This document shows, in pieces, positions 23,220 to 36,446 of a DNA stretch of 64,000 nt. Position 1 is the stretch's first letter, and each line of letters opens with the position of its first letter. Where the stretch lies: positions 13,953,934 to 14,017,933 of the forward strand of contig OZ316899.1 of the NCBI GenBank assembly GCA_973895155.1. The letters run 5' to 3'. The position numbers and the translations under genes are program-made. The notes below the pieces were generated by a model. The model was given only the letters and a program-made list of their open reading frames with translations, searched no databases and was not told where the DNA came from. The stretch is from Marsupella aquatica (taxonomy: Eukaryota > Plantae > Marchantiophyta).

Positions 23220-24800
23220 GAGTACGAGGCGCTTGCAAAACTCACGCTGCAGGTGAGTACCATCAGCGAGTACAACTGGATCCTGTTTGCATCGGAAGAC
23301 CTGTACAAACTGTGGAGAGCAGTTTGCAACAGTTGGTTGAAAGGACATTTGCCCGACAACATTGGAGAGGTTACTTACAAACCAAAGGAAGCAAATAGGT
23401 TAAACGGAAGTATGTTTCGAGTGTTCGAGGGTGCGCGGGAATCCGACATCACCGACATCTTAATGAAAGTCCTTTTGGGTGATGCGCTGTTGATTAGAAA
23501 GAAGCACGCTTTAACTGATATGCCGACCATGTCCAACCTGGCAGCAAAGGCAAAGTATACGGACAAACTGAAAGGCGCAAACTATGACCGATTGTTTTCG
23601 GCCGGTGCTCTCTGGGCAAACGTCGTTTGGACGTTTGATTTTATGAATGACGAACTTGATTGTTGTTGCGCATTGGTCAATGCCGGATATTTCAGGAGCC
23701 TGGTGAAGGTGTCCGAGAGGGCCGACATGCCGGAGCCTTTGAAAAATAGGCTACAAAATCTGTATCTGAAGAAGTTTGGCGGACATATTCGGTCAAGGAT
23801 GGATCCCTACAGAATTTTCTACACTGGAAATTTTCTTGCTTTGGCCGAGCCGCCGTTCAATTGCTCTAGCTGTAGTGAGAGCATTGTGGCATCTCTTGCA
23901 ATCGTGGACTTGACACACACCGGGGGCAATACGTGGACACAATCAAAAATATTGAATTTTCTGAAAATTGTCGTCAATGTTCCGGCCAACGAGTCACTGA
24001 CCCTCGTCTTTTTTGTGCATCCGGGAATACTTCTAGCACGGATCATTGAGGCGGCGCGATGTCTCCCCGATAACTATAATGCCCATCTTGAATATGGCAC
24101 CTATTTCAAGAATGCCTTTGAGCTTCTCCCGCGGCAGCACATGAGAGGTGTGGTGGAAACTGTGATTTTTCTTGGCGTTTCCCAAGACAGGGAACCGGAT
24201 TGGGAAGCGCATTTCAAGAATTTCACCGGCCATTTCAGCTTCAAAGACGGAGACCGAGTGGAGCTCCGCAAGGCAAGCAAGGAACAATTGACGGACCGTC
24301 CCAATGGGGAGATGGCTAGCATCAAACAAGCGGCGATGAAAGTTAGGCTAGAAAATTGGGTTCTGTTCAGATCGCCCAGCGGCTGCTCCTTCATTACCAA
24401 TATCAAGCCCGGCCAAATAATCCGAGCTATAATAGAAGCTTTCTCGAAAAAAGAGGAAATAGTGCTCGATTTCTTTACAGGGGGGCGGATTCTGAAGCAT
24501 GCACTACTCTTGGAACGCAAGTGCTTCTCATTCTACTCCGCCAGGGAGGACGTCATGGACCTCACGACGTATGCCGAGAACATGAAGTCTCTCGACAAGG
24601 TGTCGAGCTTTGCAAAGTCGTTGTGGAGACCACCGGGCTGCTCCACACAAGATTTGAATGCCAGGGCAGCCAGAGGTCACTATCCTGCGAGTATGCAAAT
24701 GGACAGCGCTATGGACGAGGGTCTCCAAGGAGACACAGACATGCGGGGAAGTTTGGCAGCGGTTCTGCCTTTGCTCTTGTGTGCCGTGCAAGCCGGTCAT
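23220..24800 (+). CDS. beta-class DNA N4/N6 (amino) methyltransferase-like domain
   Basis: KPGQIIRAIIEAFSKKEEIVLDFFTGG..LKHALLLERKC matches the N6_N4_Mtase motif X-I region. Upstream SLAIVDLTH occupies the motif IV (DPPY/SPPY) position, and ETVIFLG resembles the following conserved strand. Confidence 0.72.
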
Positions 24801-24826
24801 GAACGCCACTTGCCTCAGTCGTTTGA

Positions 24827-25793
24827 CAGGGCAGTAGTGCCGGTGGGGCTATTATCCGGACAGTCCTTGGTAAGAGACTTGCAAGTATCAATCGTCCGCG
24901 TTATCATCTTTCCAATGATAATAATAATAGCACCCCAGTTCGGGGTCAAAAGTCCGTCATCGCGGCTCATGTTCATCATCCAGGAGGAGTATCGGATAGC
25001 ACTATTGTTGAGCCTGTGATTCAAAGAGGCGCCCGGGTCCAAAAAACTAAATCCATTACTACTGTCAATGAGTCACCAAAAGAAAACCCTCCACTGGACC
25101 AGGTGGACGACGACGGCAACATAGACTTCAGCCTAAGCCCTGGCTTGGATCAAGACGCAGTTTTAGTAAGCACCGCTAATGGTTGCGTCATAACCCGGAA
25201 AGAAATGAGATGCCTCTCTCCAGGAGAATGGATAACTTCCAAGGTTATGAACGCGTATTTTGGTCTCATCAAAGCAATGGAAGACAGATCACGGATGAGA
25301 ATCTTCAAGTGCCATTTCTTTGATACCTGGTTCTACTCGGTACTCACAAAGAATGGTTATAATTATGCGGCGGTGGAGTCATGGACCTCAAAATTGACGT
25401 ATTTCCTACTTGATTGTGATCGTATTTTTGTCCCTATTCACGTCGATGGTGGAAGCCATTGGGCATTGGTCTTCATTGACAAGAATGAGAAATGCCTAGA
25501 GTATCTGGATTCCCTTCACAGTGAAGAGCCGGATGTTCTGAAAAACCTGATGAAATACATGGACGACGAATTGAGAACCAAAAATCAGAAGCACCTTTGG
25601 GCTCGTGAGTGGCCCAGGCACGCACACACGCAAGGACATTCCTCGCCAAACCGACAGCTATAATTGTGGCGTATTTGTCATGAAATTTGCTGAGTACTGT
25701 AGTTTAGACATGGTTTTTGATTTCACGGCTCAGGACATGGATTCCGCTAGGAGAAGAATTGTTGTGAGCCTATTTAGGAAATTGATTGTCTGA
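24827..25793 (+). pseudogene. Ulp1/SENP SUMO protease (peptidase C48), frameshift near 25620
   Basis: GEWITSKVMNAY, FFDTWFY, IFVPIH..GSHWALV, EYLDSL and PRQTDSYNCGVFV give the H-D-Q-C residues. The frame is open back to ~24827, overlapping the MTase ORF. Confidence 0.92.
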
Positions 25794-26382
25794 ATATTGA
25801 TATAGACTTCGACAGTTCGAGTTTTGGGAATTATCATAGTACATTGTGTGGCTTGGATTTGTTCTATGGACCACCGTTTAGAAGAATCGTATTTGCCTTC
25901 CTTCAGCTACCGCGTAGAAGAATCAGAACCACAGGGTTCAAAGCGGGGGAGCAAGCAACTCAGCTCTGGGTTTGCCAATGAGACAGGGGCCAGCTTCCAT
26001 GTAGGAATTAGTTGATGGAACCGAATAGCAGAACATCATCAACCCATTTTAACTTCTCGCACTGTAAGGTTTTCCAATCATCATCCCATGGTAACCTCTG
26101 TAGCAATCTTACAATGCTAGGTTAAGCTCTATTCTCTTTCTAGTATCACTATCAAACGATTCACAATAGAAAATCAGTCTATGCTGTCCAATCCATGTTA
26201 CTGGGCTGTCCCCTCCTGCCTCCATCTGCACAGATACAAACCCATACAAAGGTCTGCCATGAAAACTCCTACATGCTCGTGTGTACATAGGCCAGTCTGA
26301 AAACCTGTCGCCTTCTCCAGTTGGAACAGCTAGCCCTTTCCATACCTGAATATTATCTGGAAAGGTGAAGTTATGTCCTTTC

Positions 26383-26522
26383 TGTTGTAAACAAAGTAGA
26401 TGATTGTAATCTTCCACACACTTCCATTATATCAAGGACTTATATAGTCCTAAGAGGTTAACATATTGGGTTAAGGTTAACCTACTCTAGTCTAGGGTTA
26501 AAGTAAACTATGGTTTATGACA
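26383..26522 (-). repeat. Copia 3' LTR
   Basis: Identical by eye to 32049-32188. Confidence 0.95.
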
Positions 26523-26919
26523 CTTCCCCTTGGTTAATTGGACGGGGTGTCAAGTAACCACACTTTTAACCCTAGTGTAAAATGGAATCCACTTTTGATG
26601 TAGCCTCATTAAAACTTGTTGCTTTCTTCTCAAGGAAGAGTACTACCATCATTAGAATTTGTGGTCCATAAAATGTATGTTCTATATGATGAATTATCCT
26701 ATTAAATTCTAAGGTATGTTAAAATTTAGGGTAACTTTAGAGTAAGAGTAGTTCACTATGTCTAAAAGTATAATGTCTTATGCCCGAACGGTTAATTGAA
26801 TCGAAGTAATGGTGTAAAGTCGGAGGTATATGTGTATAGCTTAGGTCGGGTATTTGGTAAACAGGGAGGTGTTGGGGGGAAAGGTCGAAACCCAAATTCC
26901 GAAGTCCTCGTTTCATTTT

Positions 26920-29900
26920 TCAAGCATTTGCTTGGTGGGGTGGGTCGGCAGTGGGGGAAAGCAGGGTAGAGAGTCGACACATTCCGATGAGTGTAACGTG
27001 CTGTCGATGGGGTCCCGCAGGTAAGGGCTTCGTAAAAAGATCGGCGCAATTGTCTTGTGAACGGATCCACTTCACCTGGATCTGGTTTCCACTCTGTTCG
27101 TGCGTAAAAAAGAATTTTGGATCAATATGTTTGGTCCGATCGGTCTTCATGTATCCTGCAACAATTTGGTCGATGCATGCTTTATTGTCTTCGTAAATAG
27201 TTGTTGGTTTGGTCAATATCGTTTTGCCTGTTTGTTTCAGGATATAGTTGATAATACTGCGGAGCCATATCGCCTCACGACATGCTTCATAGAGAGAGAT
27301 GACTTCTGCGTGATTTGAGGAGGTTGTGGTCATGCTCTGTTTCGTACTCCTCCAGGATATGGCAGTTCTCCCTTGCAGGAAAACGTAGCCAGTCTGTGAC
27401 TTCGAGTCCTGTGGGTCAGAGAGGTACCCCGCATCTGCATAACCGATGAGTTCATCTGGGTTGTCGTTTGGGAAGAAAAGGCCCATATCTATTGAGCCTT
27501 GAAGGTAGCGGAATACCCTTTTCACGCCGTTCCAATGCCGAATAGTTGGATGTGCACTGTGTCGTGCCAGTAAGCTTACTGCGAAGGAGATATCCGGTCT
27601 TGTATTGTTTGCCAGGTAGAGAAGGGCGCCAATGGCTGATAGGTATGGCTTATCCGAGTCAAGGGCTGGTTCATTCTCCTGTCGTCGCCTGAACATGTCC
27701 TTAGCTGTGTCCAATGACCGCATCTCCATGGGTGTGGACACAGGATATGCATTGTGCATATGAAATTGTCGAATGATCTTCTTGGTATAGGTTGATTGAC
27801 TAATAAATGTGCCAGTTTGCAGGTATTCAAATTGTAGTCCTAAGCAGTATGTCGGCTCTCCAATTTCTTTCATCTCAAAAATACTCTTCATTGTATTAAT
27901 AGTTTTGCGTAAGAGTTGTGGAGTACCAAATAAGTTGACATCATCGACGTATAGGGCGAGGATGACGAATTCTGTATCGATGTGTTTGATGAATATGCAC
28001 GGTGCGATATCGTTGTTGATAAATCCAAGGGTTTGCATCTCAGTTTTAAACTTCTGGTACCAGATGCGTCCACTTTGTTTTAACCCGTTGATGGATTTCA
28101 GGACTTGCACAGCAAACGCCTGCTGTCCAGTCCCACTTTTTCTGGGGTGCTGGAGTGGATCTTTATTTGTGTTGCCACTGCGCAACACTAGGCCTTGAGC
28201 TTCTCATCTGGTACAATCTGTCGTATTCCCGACTTCATGTCCTTACTCAAGTTCTGGAAATGTTTCCCTTGGACATGTTCTGTCACTCTTGCGAGTAGTT
28301 CTTTTGGGGCTTTCATGAAAATTTCAGAGTCTAGTACTCCATATAGGTACGCTGTTACAACGTCCATTAGTATATTACAAAGTTGGTGTTTTTGAGAGAA
28401 AGCTATAAGATACCTGAATGTAGTCACATCCATAACAGGTGAATAGGTCAAATCATAATCCCTTCCCGGGATTTGAGTGTAGCCTTTCGCTACTAAGCGT
28501 GCGCGGTATCTAATGACATCTCCTTTGGCATTTCTCTTTCTGACAAATGTGAATCTGCTGTCTGTGTAATCATTGTTAGGTTGGACTTGTTTTAACGGGC
28601 CAAAGACATGCCTACGGATCAATGCATCCATTTCAGTGTTAATGGCCTCTTGCCACTGTGGCCAATCCGACCTCGCTTGTGCTTCTTTAATGGTTAGGGG
28701 GTCCGGAGTGTCAGTTGATATTTGCTGAGCTATGTGATAGGCGAATTGTGCATCAATGATAGTGTTGGGTCTTTTATAGATTTGTCCGGTGTATTGGTAT
28801 GGGATGGCCATTTCTTCATTATCTGGTACGTTAGATCTATCTGGTTCATTTGTAATAGCATGCATCGTGGTTTCAAGTAGTACCTGATGAGGGGGTCTCT
28901 GGCGTGGTCGGGAGTCTCTAGATTCTGGTGGCCTACCTCTTTTTTTCTTTGCCGTGGTCTCCATTGCTGATTTTGTGGCAGGTTGTACTCGAGCTGGTAC
29001 GTTTGCTGCCTCTACATGGGATCTTGTAACGTTGGCTGCATCATTAAAGGCGTTGGGGATCTTGTCCAACATTTCTTGGAGGTGTAGTAGTCTGCGGACT
29101 TCCTCATCCGCTCGCTTCGTTCGCGGGTCCTAGTTGAGTAAGTTTTGACTATTCCAATTTATGCTTTGTGGAGGTGTATCCCTTGTCAATGGTTTTTCTG
29201 TAAGTAACTGGGGGAATGAATCTTCATAGAAGTGACAGTCTGCGTATCTGGCTTTAAATAGGTCTGTAGTGGTCGGTTCCAGGTAACGGATTATGGATGA
29301 GGAGTCGTAGCCAACGTAGATGCCTTCTTGTCTTTGAGGTCCTATTTTAGTGCGCTTTGGCCCAAGGATGGGGACCATCACTTTGCATCCAAAGACGCGC
29401 AGATGTGACAGGTCAGGGGGTAATCCGAACGCTAAGTGGTGTGGAGTTTTGGTATTAAACGCTGAGGGCCTGTACTTCAGCAATGTGGTGGCGTGGAGGA
29501 CTGCATGTCCCCATGCGGAGAGGGGTAACTTGGAGTTCAGTAGGAGTGGTCGAGTAATCATTTGGATACGCTTTATAACGGATTCGGCAATTCCATTTTG
29601 AAAATGGACGTAGGGAACTGAGTATTCTGTGTCAATTCCCGCCGTCCAGCAGAAATCATCAAATGCTTTGGAGATAAATTCCCCTGCTCCATCCACTCTC
29701 AGTTTCCGGATTGGATTTTCTGGGAACTGTGCTTTAAGTTTTAATATATTGGCTAAGATTCGTGCAAAGACTAAGTTTCGACTAGAAAGGAGGGATACTT
29801 GTAACCATTTAGTCGATGAGTCAATTATGGCCAGGAAGTACTTAAACGGTCCACTGGGTGGGTGTATTGGCCCACATACATCTACGTTCAGGTGTTCCAA

Positions 29901-31529
29901 AAAATTCGGGATAGCATGGATCGTCTTCGGTATTGGTGGTCTTGTGATCAGCTTCCCCTGAGAACAGGCTAAGCATTGTTGTTTCATTGTGGATGGGTTG
30001 ACTCCTTGTGGGATTCCTCTGGAGTCCTTGATAATTCTCCGGTACATATTTACTCCTGGGTGTCCCAGTCGGTAGTGCCATAGGTGTGTTATTTCTGATG
30101 ATTCAATTGTAGAATAATTTACAGTAATTTGAGTCGCATAGAGACCGGGGGGTATGAGTGGTAATGTCTCTTTAATATTGGTTCCATCATTGGTAATCTC
30201 CAAAATTTGTAGTGTGTCCTCTTCATCTGTCTTTGCCGTTCGCAGTTGGTATTTATTAGCGACTACGTCCCGAAAGCTTATCAAATTTCGAGTAGCTCGT
30301 GGGGCAAAGATTGCTGCATCAATATCAATAACTGTTCCTTGTGGGAATGTCACTGTTGCGGCTCCCTTACCTTCTTCTATCTGGTTTATACCCGAAATTG
30401 TGGTCATTGATCGTGTAGATGGGGTGATACTGTGGAAGTACTTCTTGTCTTTAAGAATTGTATGTGATGTTCCGCTGTCAATTATCCCAAGGTTGGGGTC
30501 ATCTAATGAGGTGTGTATTGATGCTGGTGTTACCATATGGGTCTCCTGTTCTTCAGGTTGTTGTGTAGGTGTTTCTTCCGGGTCCTGATAGTTAGCTAAG
30601 TCTTCCTCCATCTCCATATAGTTGCCTTCTGGATTTTGCTTTAATTGGGCCCTTGCTTCTGTATGTCGTTTAGCTGCTTGGTCTGATGCCCAGCAGTTCT
30701 TCTTTATGTGTCCTATTTTACCACACCGGTAACACAGCCTATCTTCTCTGATGTTATCAGGTGGGGTGTTTCGTCTGCTGTCTCGGCCGCTTGCTCCTCG
30801 ACCCCGTGAGTTGTATGAAAAACGATTTCCTCGGCCTCTGGGATTTTGATTCCTGCTTCTGTCTTGATATCCGCCTCTGCCTCTTGATCTGCCTCGTCCC
30901 CTTTGGTTTCTCATATTATAATTTGTTTCTGGTTTTTGTGGTGGTGGGGCTGATCCTGCAGGTCGTTTTCTAGCATTCTGCAGGGCAACGGTCTGCTGCT
31001 TCTCTTCTACCAGTAAATGTGCAATGAGGTCTGAGTAGACTGTAAATCTCATATTTCTGTACTGTGTACCGAGGGCTATATTTGCTTCTGGGAATGTGCT
31101 TAGTGTTTTGTCGATCATATCTGCATCAGGGACCGGATGGCCACACAACTCCAATTGGGATGTGATTCTAAATAATGCGCTGTTGTAGCTGGCTATTGAT
31201 GTGTAGTCCATCACTCGCAGGTTATACCAATCACGACGGGCTTCTGGGAGCCAGACTTCGCGCATATGGTCGAATCTTGATTTTAATTTATCCCATAGTA
31301 GGCGTGGGTTGACCTCGTTCATATATTGGGTTTTGAGTGGAGGAGCCAAATGCTGGCATAATAAGAAAACGGCCTTAGCCTTCTGTTGTAGTGTCAGATT
31401 ATTATCAATTATCAAAGTATCTTTGAGTTCCAGTGATGCAAAATATGTTTCTGCATCTACTGACCACGTTAGGTAGTTGCTGCCGTCTACTGAAAGGGCC
31501 TGAAAATGCAATTTCTCCAATGTTGCCAT
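26920..31529 (-). pseudogene. Copia gag-PR-INT-RT-RH polyprotein with one in-frame stop (29130) and one frameshift (~28190)
   Basis: CYRCGKIGHIKKNC, IIDSGTSH, WHYRLGH...CLAC, RVDGAGEF, NGIAE, RARLVAKG, YVDD, GYADA, KHID, ADLFTKPL. Confidence 0.95.
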
Positions 31530-32048
31530 ATTTCTTGCGCTTGTACTCGGGATTGTAATGCTCGGTGTGGTGGTGTATATATATAATACTTGGGTCTATC
31601 CAATTGGTAAATATATGCTTCGGGGAGTTATAGGTGCTGGTTCGAAGCACCTATAAGTCCAATTTCAGGATTTCACCGTAGCATTGTTGTTTCTAATTTG
31701 GCATAACGGCCATTCCCAAATCCTGCATTGGATTCCTTGATGAAATAAGTTGGATGGAACAAAAAATTAGACAAATCCGTCCTTACGGCAATGAAGATTG
31801 AGATCGCTCATGGATGCCTTCCTCATAGCAATCTGATGTCCGGGCTCAATTTTTTTTTTTTGCGTAAACTAGCATCACTTTTTAGGTGGGATTGTACTCA
31901 ATTTTGGGGTAGTTAGGCGGTTACATAGGATTCCGGTGCCAAAAACGCAACATTCTTGGTAATTTTCTATGTAAAAACTACGATCTCTCAATATGTTTGT
32001 TGGGGCAGCCTAGGCAAAAAAATCATTGAGCCAGTCGTGCTAATAACG

Positions 32049-32188
32049 TGTTGTAAACAAAGTAGATGATTGTAATCTTCCACACACTTCCATTATATCA
32101 AGGACTTATATAGTCCTAAGAGGTTAACATATTGGGTTAAGGTTAACCTACTCTAGTCTAGGGTTAAAGTAAACTATGGTTTATGACA
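32049..32188 (-). repeat. Copia 5' LTR
   Basis: Identical by eye to 26383-26522. Confidence 0.95.
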
Positions 32189-33003
32189 CTTTCAAGTGAT
32201 CATCCAATGCATACCTCAAAAGTTGTTGTATTTCTGGCTGGAACCCAAACAGAGATTTAACATCAGCTGGTAATGGATCTTCGCCACAAGTGAACAGATC
32301 CATTCTTGTCCAAGGCAGTCACATCTTCTTGGCGCGCAGGCAAATCTTCCTGCATTTCAACCTCTTTGATTATGTGTCATGACCTGTCCCATGAAATCTC
32401 TCCTATTGCTGTGCCTATATGGAATTTTCATCAGAGCAATATGCAAATGTTCATACATGCTTGTATCGTACTCCAGTGGCAACCCACACCGCTTAGTGCA
32501 ACCTTTCAAATGAATCATAAAATGAATCTTGACAGTACTGAAACCTGATTTCTGCCAGACCATCATGTATTGCTTCATTGATGCAACAGACTTGCGCATC
32601 AACTTCTCCATTTCATTCAGCAAATTCTCAGAATGCTGCTTACTCTGAAATGCTATGAAATACCATTCAATGAAGTCCACAAAGACTTTTATGATATCAT
32701 TTGGGACCACACCTAATAAACAGAATAGCAAAACTTCACTAGTACATATTACTATCTTTTCCGATGCTCAATTTTTGCGAACAATTGACGTCCGATTCTC
32801 CTGAAATCGGAAAATCCCATTCTCATATAATGGCAATATGCCATACTCTTGGCTTTGGATATCTTCTTTTCCGATGTAAATACCAACGGAACCCATTCCG
32901 ATGCCTTAAAAAACGGATCATATCCGTTATAAAGTACATCGGATCCCTCAACAAAAACTTTGTTTAATAGGTCCGATGTTGTTTGTAACATTATATCCGA
33001 TTA

Positions 33004-33165
33004 TGGTAGAATGGGAAAGTCCGATGCTAGTAGAATGGGAAAGTCCGATGCTTGGAGAATGGGAAAGTCCGATGCTGGTAGAATGGGAAAGTCCGATGCT
33101 TGGAGAATGGGAAAGTCCGATATTTGGAGAATGGGAAAGTCCGATGCTGGAAGAATGGGAAAGTT
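33004..33165 (+). repeat. 24-bp subterminal tandem repeat (GAATGGGAAAGTCCGATGCT core), about 7 copies; inverted copies at 34289-34396
   Basis: Read directly from the sequence. Confidence 0.93.
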
Positions 33166-33724
33166 TGACTGTGATAGAATGACAAGTTATGATTGCATGT
33201 GTTAGATGGCCCATGTATGCAGTCACATCCCTCATACTCCCCCCAAAAGAGTACACAATCATTCTTGCATGTATGAATAATTTCATACTTGAGGCCAATA
33301 GATTGCAATGTCCTTTTTGTTCCCTTTCAAGACCCCGACATGTTGTTCCCTTCTGGCAGTATGCACGTACTGATGCAAAGTCCATTGAAATAGATCATCT
33401 GAAAGGAGGTTGCTTGTCCCGTGTAGTCTTTGTTGCAAGTTCATCAACAACATAATTTATAACTTAGGTGAGACAATCGAGAGCCCTTGACGCCAAGGTT
33501 TGGAGGGACTAAAATTTCTTCCATTAGCAAATAAGCCATATCCCATATCAGGTCCAATTAATAAAGGAGGGCTTTGCTATCCACAAATGACCTCAAATTC
33601 CTATTGGTTGCTCCAAGGGAGTGCTAGTCAGAGGGGAATTTGAATAGATCACACAAAAATCAAATGTCATGATACAGCAAAATCCATCAAGAATGGGTCC
33701 AAATTATGGGTCTAAATAAACTCA

Positions 33725-34165
33725 AGAAGTGTATAAAATTCCCAAACACTCCAAGTCAAACATTAGAAGTACTAAGCTTGCATGTACAATGCAAGGAATA
33801 TAAACCACCAAGTTAAGCTCATGCTTGAGGAATAGCCATTGGGATGGGTGACCAATTAGTTGGTAAATGGAAAGTTGAATTCAGAAGTGTATAAAATCCT
33901 CAAACACTCTAAGTCAAACATCAAAAGTACAAGCTTGCATGTACAATGCAAGGGATAGAAACCACCAAGTTAAGCCCATGTTGGAGGAATAGTAATTGGG
34001 ATGGGTGACCAATTGGTAAATGAAGAAGTGTATAAAATACTCAAACACTCTAAGTCAAACATCAAAAGTACTAAGCTTGCATGTACAATGCAAGGGATAG
34101 AAACCACCAAGTTAAGCGCATGCTCGAGGAATAGCAACTGGGATGGGTGACCAATTAATTGGTAA
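33725..34165 (+). repeat. Three tandem ~140-160-bp units inside the small CACTA
   Basis: GAAGTGTATAAAA...AAGCTTGCATGTACAATGCAAGG...GGGATGGGTGACCAATT recurs at ~33726, ~33884 and ~34025. Confidence 0.88.
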
Positions 34166-35429
34166 TAAAAGGAGATGGGGCACCACACTTGTAGTTGAAG
34201 AATGAAGGGTGAAATGTAAAGGGAGAGAGGGGTGACCGTATGCTCCCGCTCCAATAGATATCTTATGCTTATCCCATTTTAATTGTTTTGGATTTTCCCA
34301 TGCTCCCACCATCGGATTTTCCCATGCTCTCACCATTGGACTTTCCCATTCTCCCAGCATCGGACTTTCCCATGCTCTCACCATCGGACTTTCCGATAGC
34401 AGTCCGATTGTCGATATCCGATACTATTAACATGGCATATTACGATGTTGGAAGAATCGGATATATGATTTTTTCAGATTTTATTTTCCAAAGGCGTCCG
34501 ATGCGGCGAGGGTCGGAAAAAGCAGGTAAAATGTACTAGTGCTTGCATAACAAATTAGTGATCAAATCCATGGAAATTGGCATTTGACTGGAAATATCCA
34601 CATTGGTTATTCCCTGGGATCCTGAATTCAGCATAATGACAGTCCTTTTGAATGGCCAGACTTCTTCTATCAAGCTCCTGCAAAGGACGAGCCTCAAGGT
34701 TGAAATAAGATGCAGAAGCCCGCACAATTCCAACTAGAGTTTTGAAAATCCCCAAAATTGATTGATGAAGCCCATGAAGCTGTATACACCTATAGGGTTT
34801 CCCATTTGATAGACTGAGTCTGAAAAGCAACTTACACCTGAGCTTCAGAATATCATTCATAGCGAAGTACCGAGTGAATTTTGAAGGGAGTCGAGTTGGA
34901 CTTGACATTCATGCTACTGCTGAAGTTGCTCCTGATGTTGGTCAACCAGGTGAAGAGCAAGCTCAACCCACTTTTGTTGAGGCTGTGCGCCATCTTGCAA
35001 GGATGAGACACAGGGGACAGGTTGTAGGAGAATTATTCATAGTTGATAGAAGTGAATCAAACAGTTTTTGTTTGCTCAATGTGGTTGAGTACCCCAAAGT
35101 GAACGGCCTCCGCATTGTGCCATTATGTTGTCAAAATTATGTATTATGTATAGAAACAACAGGCACAATTGTTTTTCCTTCCAAGCCTTAACTACCTGTG
35201 CGCTCGGGGGGGAAATCCAGTATACTTGCTGACAATCACATTTCTGTAAAGTACCATGACACATGCAAACCGAGTGACACAATATGGATTACAAACCCTG
35301 CTTGAGCTGAAAGGGGGGGGGGGGACAAAGAGAATCACTTGGCTCATCACATTGCCGGTTGTAAGGCAACAACATATGCAATCCATATCTAGTCTGCATC
35401 CCGGAGACAGAGTCCAGGGTAGAAAGCAA

Positions 35430-36299
35430 TTTCAGTTGATAAGTACGGGAAGGTTCATACCCTTTGTCCTCCTGATGGCAATGCGGGCCAAGTGCTCGGA
35501 GATGGACTTCCTTGCCGGCTTGTCACCGTCGTCAGCCTTTTTAGCAGCAATTGGATATCCTCCTTCTGACTAAGAGGTACATACCTGAGGAACCTAAAGT
35601 AGGAATACAGATCCATGTGGGAATTATGCACAGGTGTGCCGCTCACGCACCATCTATTCCGACTCCGTAGGGTGTAGCACGCTTTGGAACCAATGCTTTC
35701 CGCATTCCAAATTTGGTGGCATTCGTCCAGGACTACTCGAAACCACGGCGGAGAAGCAAAGAGTGGATTTTTGTCCTTTGGACACACGAATCCACCACCG
35801 TCACTAGTAATCTGTGATTCCTGCGTCACCATGCCATATGTCGTAAGGACTACGTCGTGGCTTTGTATGGACATCAGATTTTTGGTCCTCGATTTCCCGT
35901 GGTATACCAGCACAGACAATTTTGCTTTCTCTCTTGTCCGCGTCCGTATCTTTGTTTCCCATTGCTTGAGAATACTCGTGGGGCAAACTATCAAAGTCCC
36001 GCGGAATGTCTTCGTCTGAGGCCGGCAATTTGTCACTATTAGTTGTAGGATCTCGATTGTCTTGCCCATGCCCTGCAGGCGAACGGTTTGGACATCGAGT
36101 TAGCAGGCACTGACATCCGATCGGAATTCATGTTGCACCATGTGGTCATTGAATTGCGAATGTATGAACATACCATGTCATCAGCTAATATCCCCCCAAA
36201 TGGACAATCGGTTCCTGACTCCCTATAAGTCATCCACACAAGAGCTTGCCATTGATGCGGAGGAGTGTCAACTGTCATGGTATCCTTGGGAGGTTGCAT
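35430..36299 (-). pseudogene. RAD5/RAD16-type SNF2 ATPase N-terminal lobe, truncated
   Basis: HQWQAL..GGILADDM|GMGKT across a GT-AG intron at 36073-36173; TLIVCP, DVVLTTY, RVVLDECH, RWCVSGTP; frameshifted IAIRRTK. No helicase C lobe is visible. Confidence 0.9.
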
Positions 36300-36446
36300 G
36301 TTCGCTGTCAGGTCCCTCCCATCAATGTGAGTCTGGCAAAAATGGGTAAATATTGCTTGGCCTCAAAAATTCAACGTAATGCCTTGAACCCAAACATGTC
36401 ACACACACTCGCAATCTCGACACAAACAACACAACAAACTAATGAA

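Larger units (their letters stand above)
26383..32188 (-). mobile_element. Ty1/Copia retrotransposon, Bianca-like
   Basis: 140-bp TG..CA LTRs at 26383-26522 and 32049-32188; TSD CTTTC. PBS CGTTATTAGCACG (Bianca-type half-tRNA-Met-like), PPT CCAAGGGGAAG, gag start LEKLHFQALSVDGSNYLTW. Confidence 0.95.
32737..34541. mobile_element. Non-autonomous CACTA element (1.8 kb)
   Basis: TIRs CACTAGTACAT(A/T)TTAC...TTTTCCGA; TSD CTT; inverted subterminal repeats; internal TnpD fragment KYEIIHTCKNDCVLF at ~33200-33310. Confidence 0.95.
25880..35282 (-). pseudogene. Plavaka-type transposase, decayed, split by Copia and CACTA insertions
   Basis: Motifs LHQSILGIFK...LDRR, FSTVKIHFMIH...CG...YDTSMYEHLHIALMKIPYRHSNRR and RACRSFHGRPLY..V...WIGQHRLIF. 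Excising both inserts restores the frame: FVMQ|VLLFCLLGVVP and ALDDHLK|GHNFTFP. Confidence 0.75.

Noticed and set aside
33004-33165. 24-bp repeats (and the 26-bp repeats at 42199-42353) as CRISPR arrays
   Set aside because: The units are head-to-tail with no unique spacers and no cas genes; they lie within a CACTA subterminus and an LTR.
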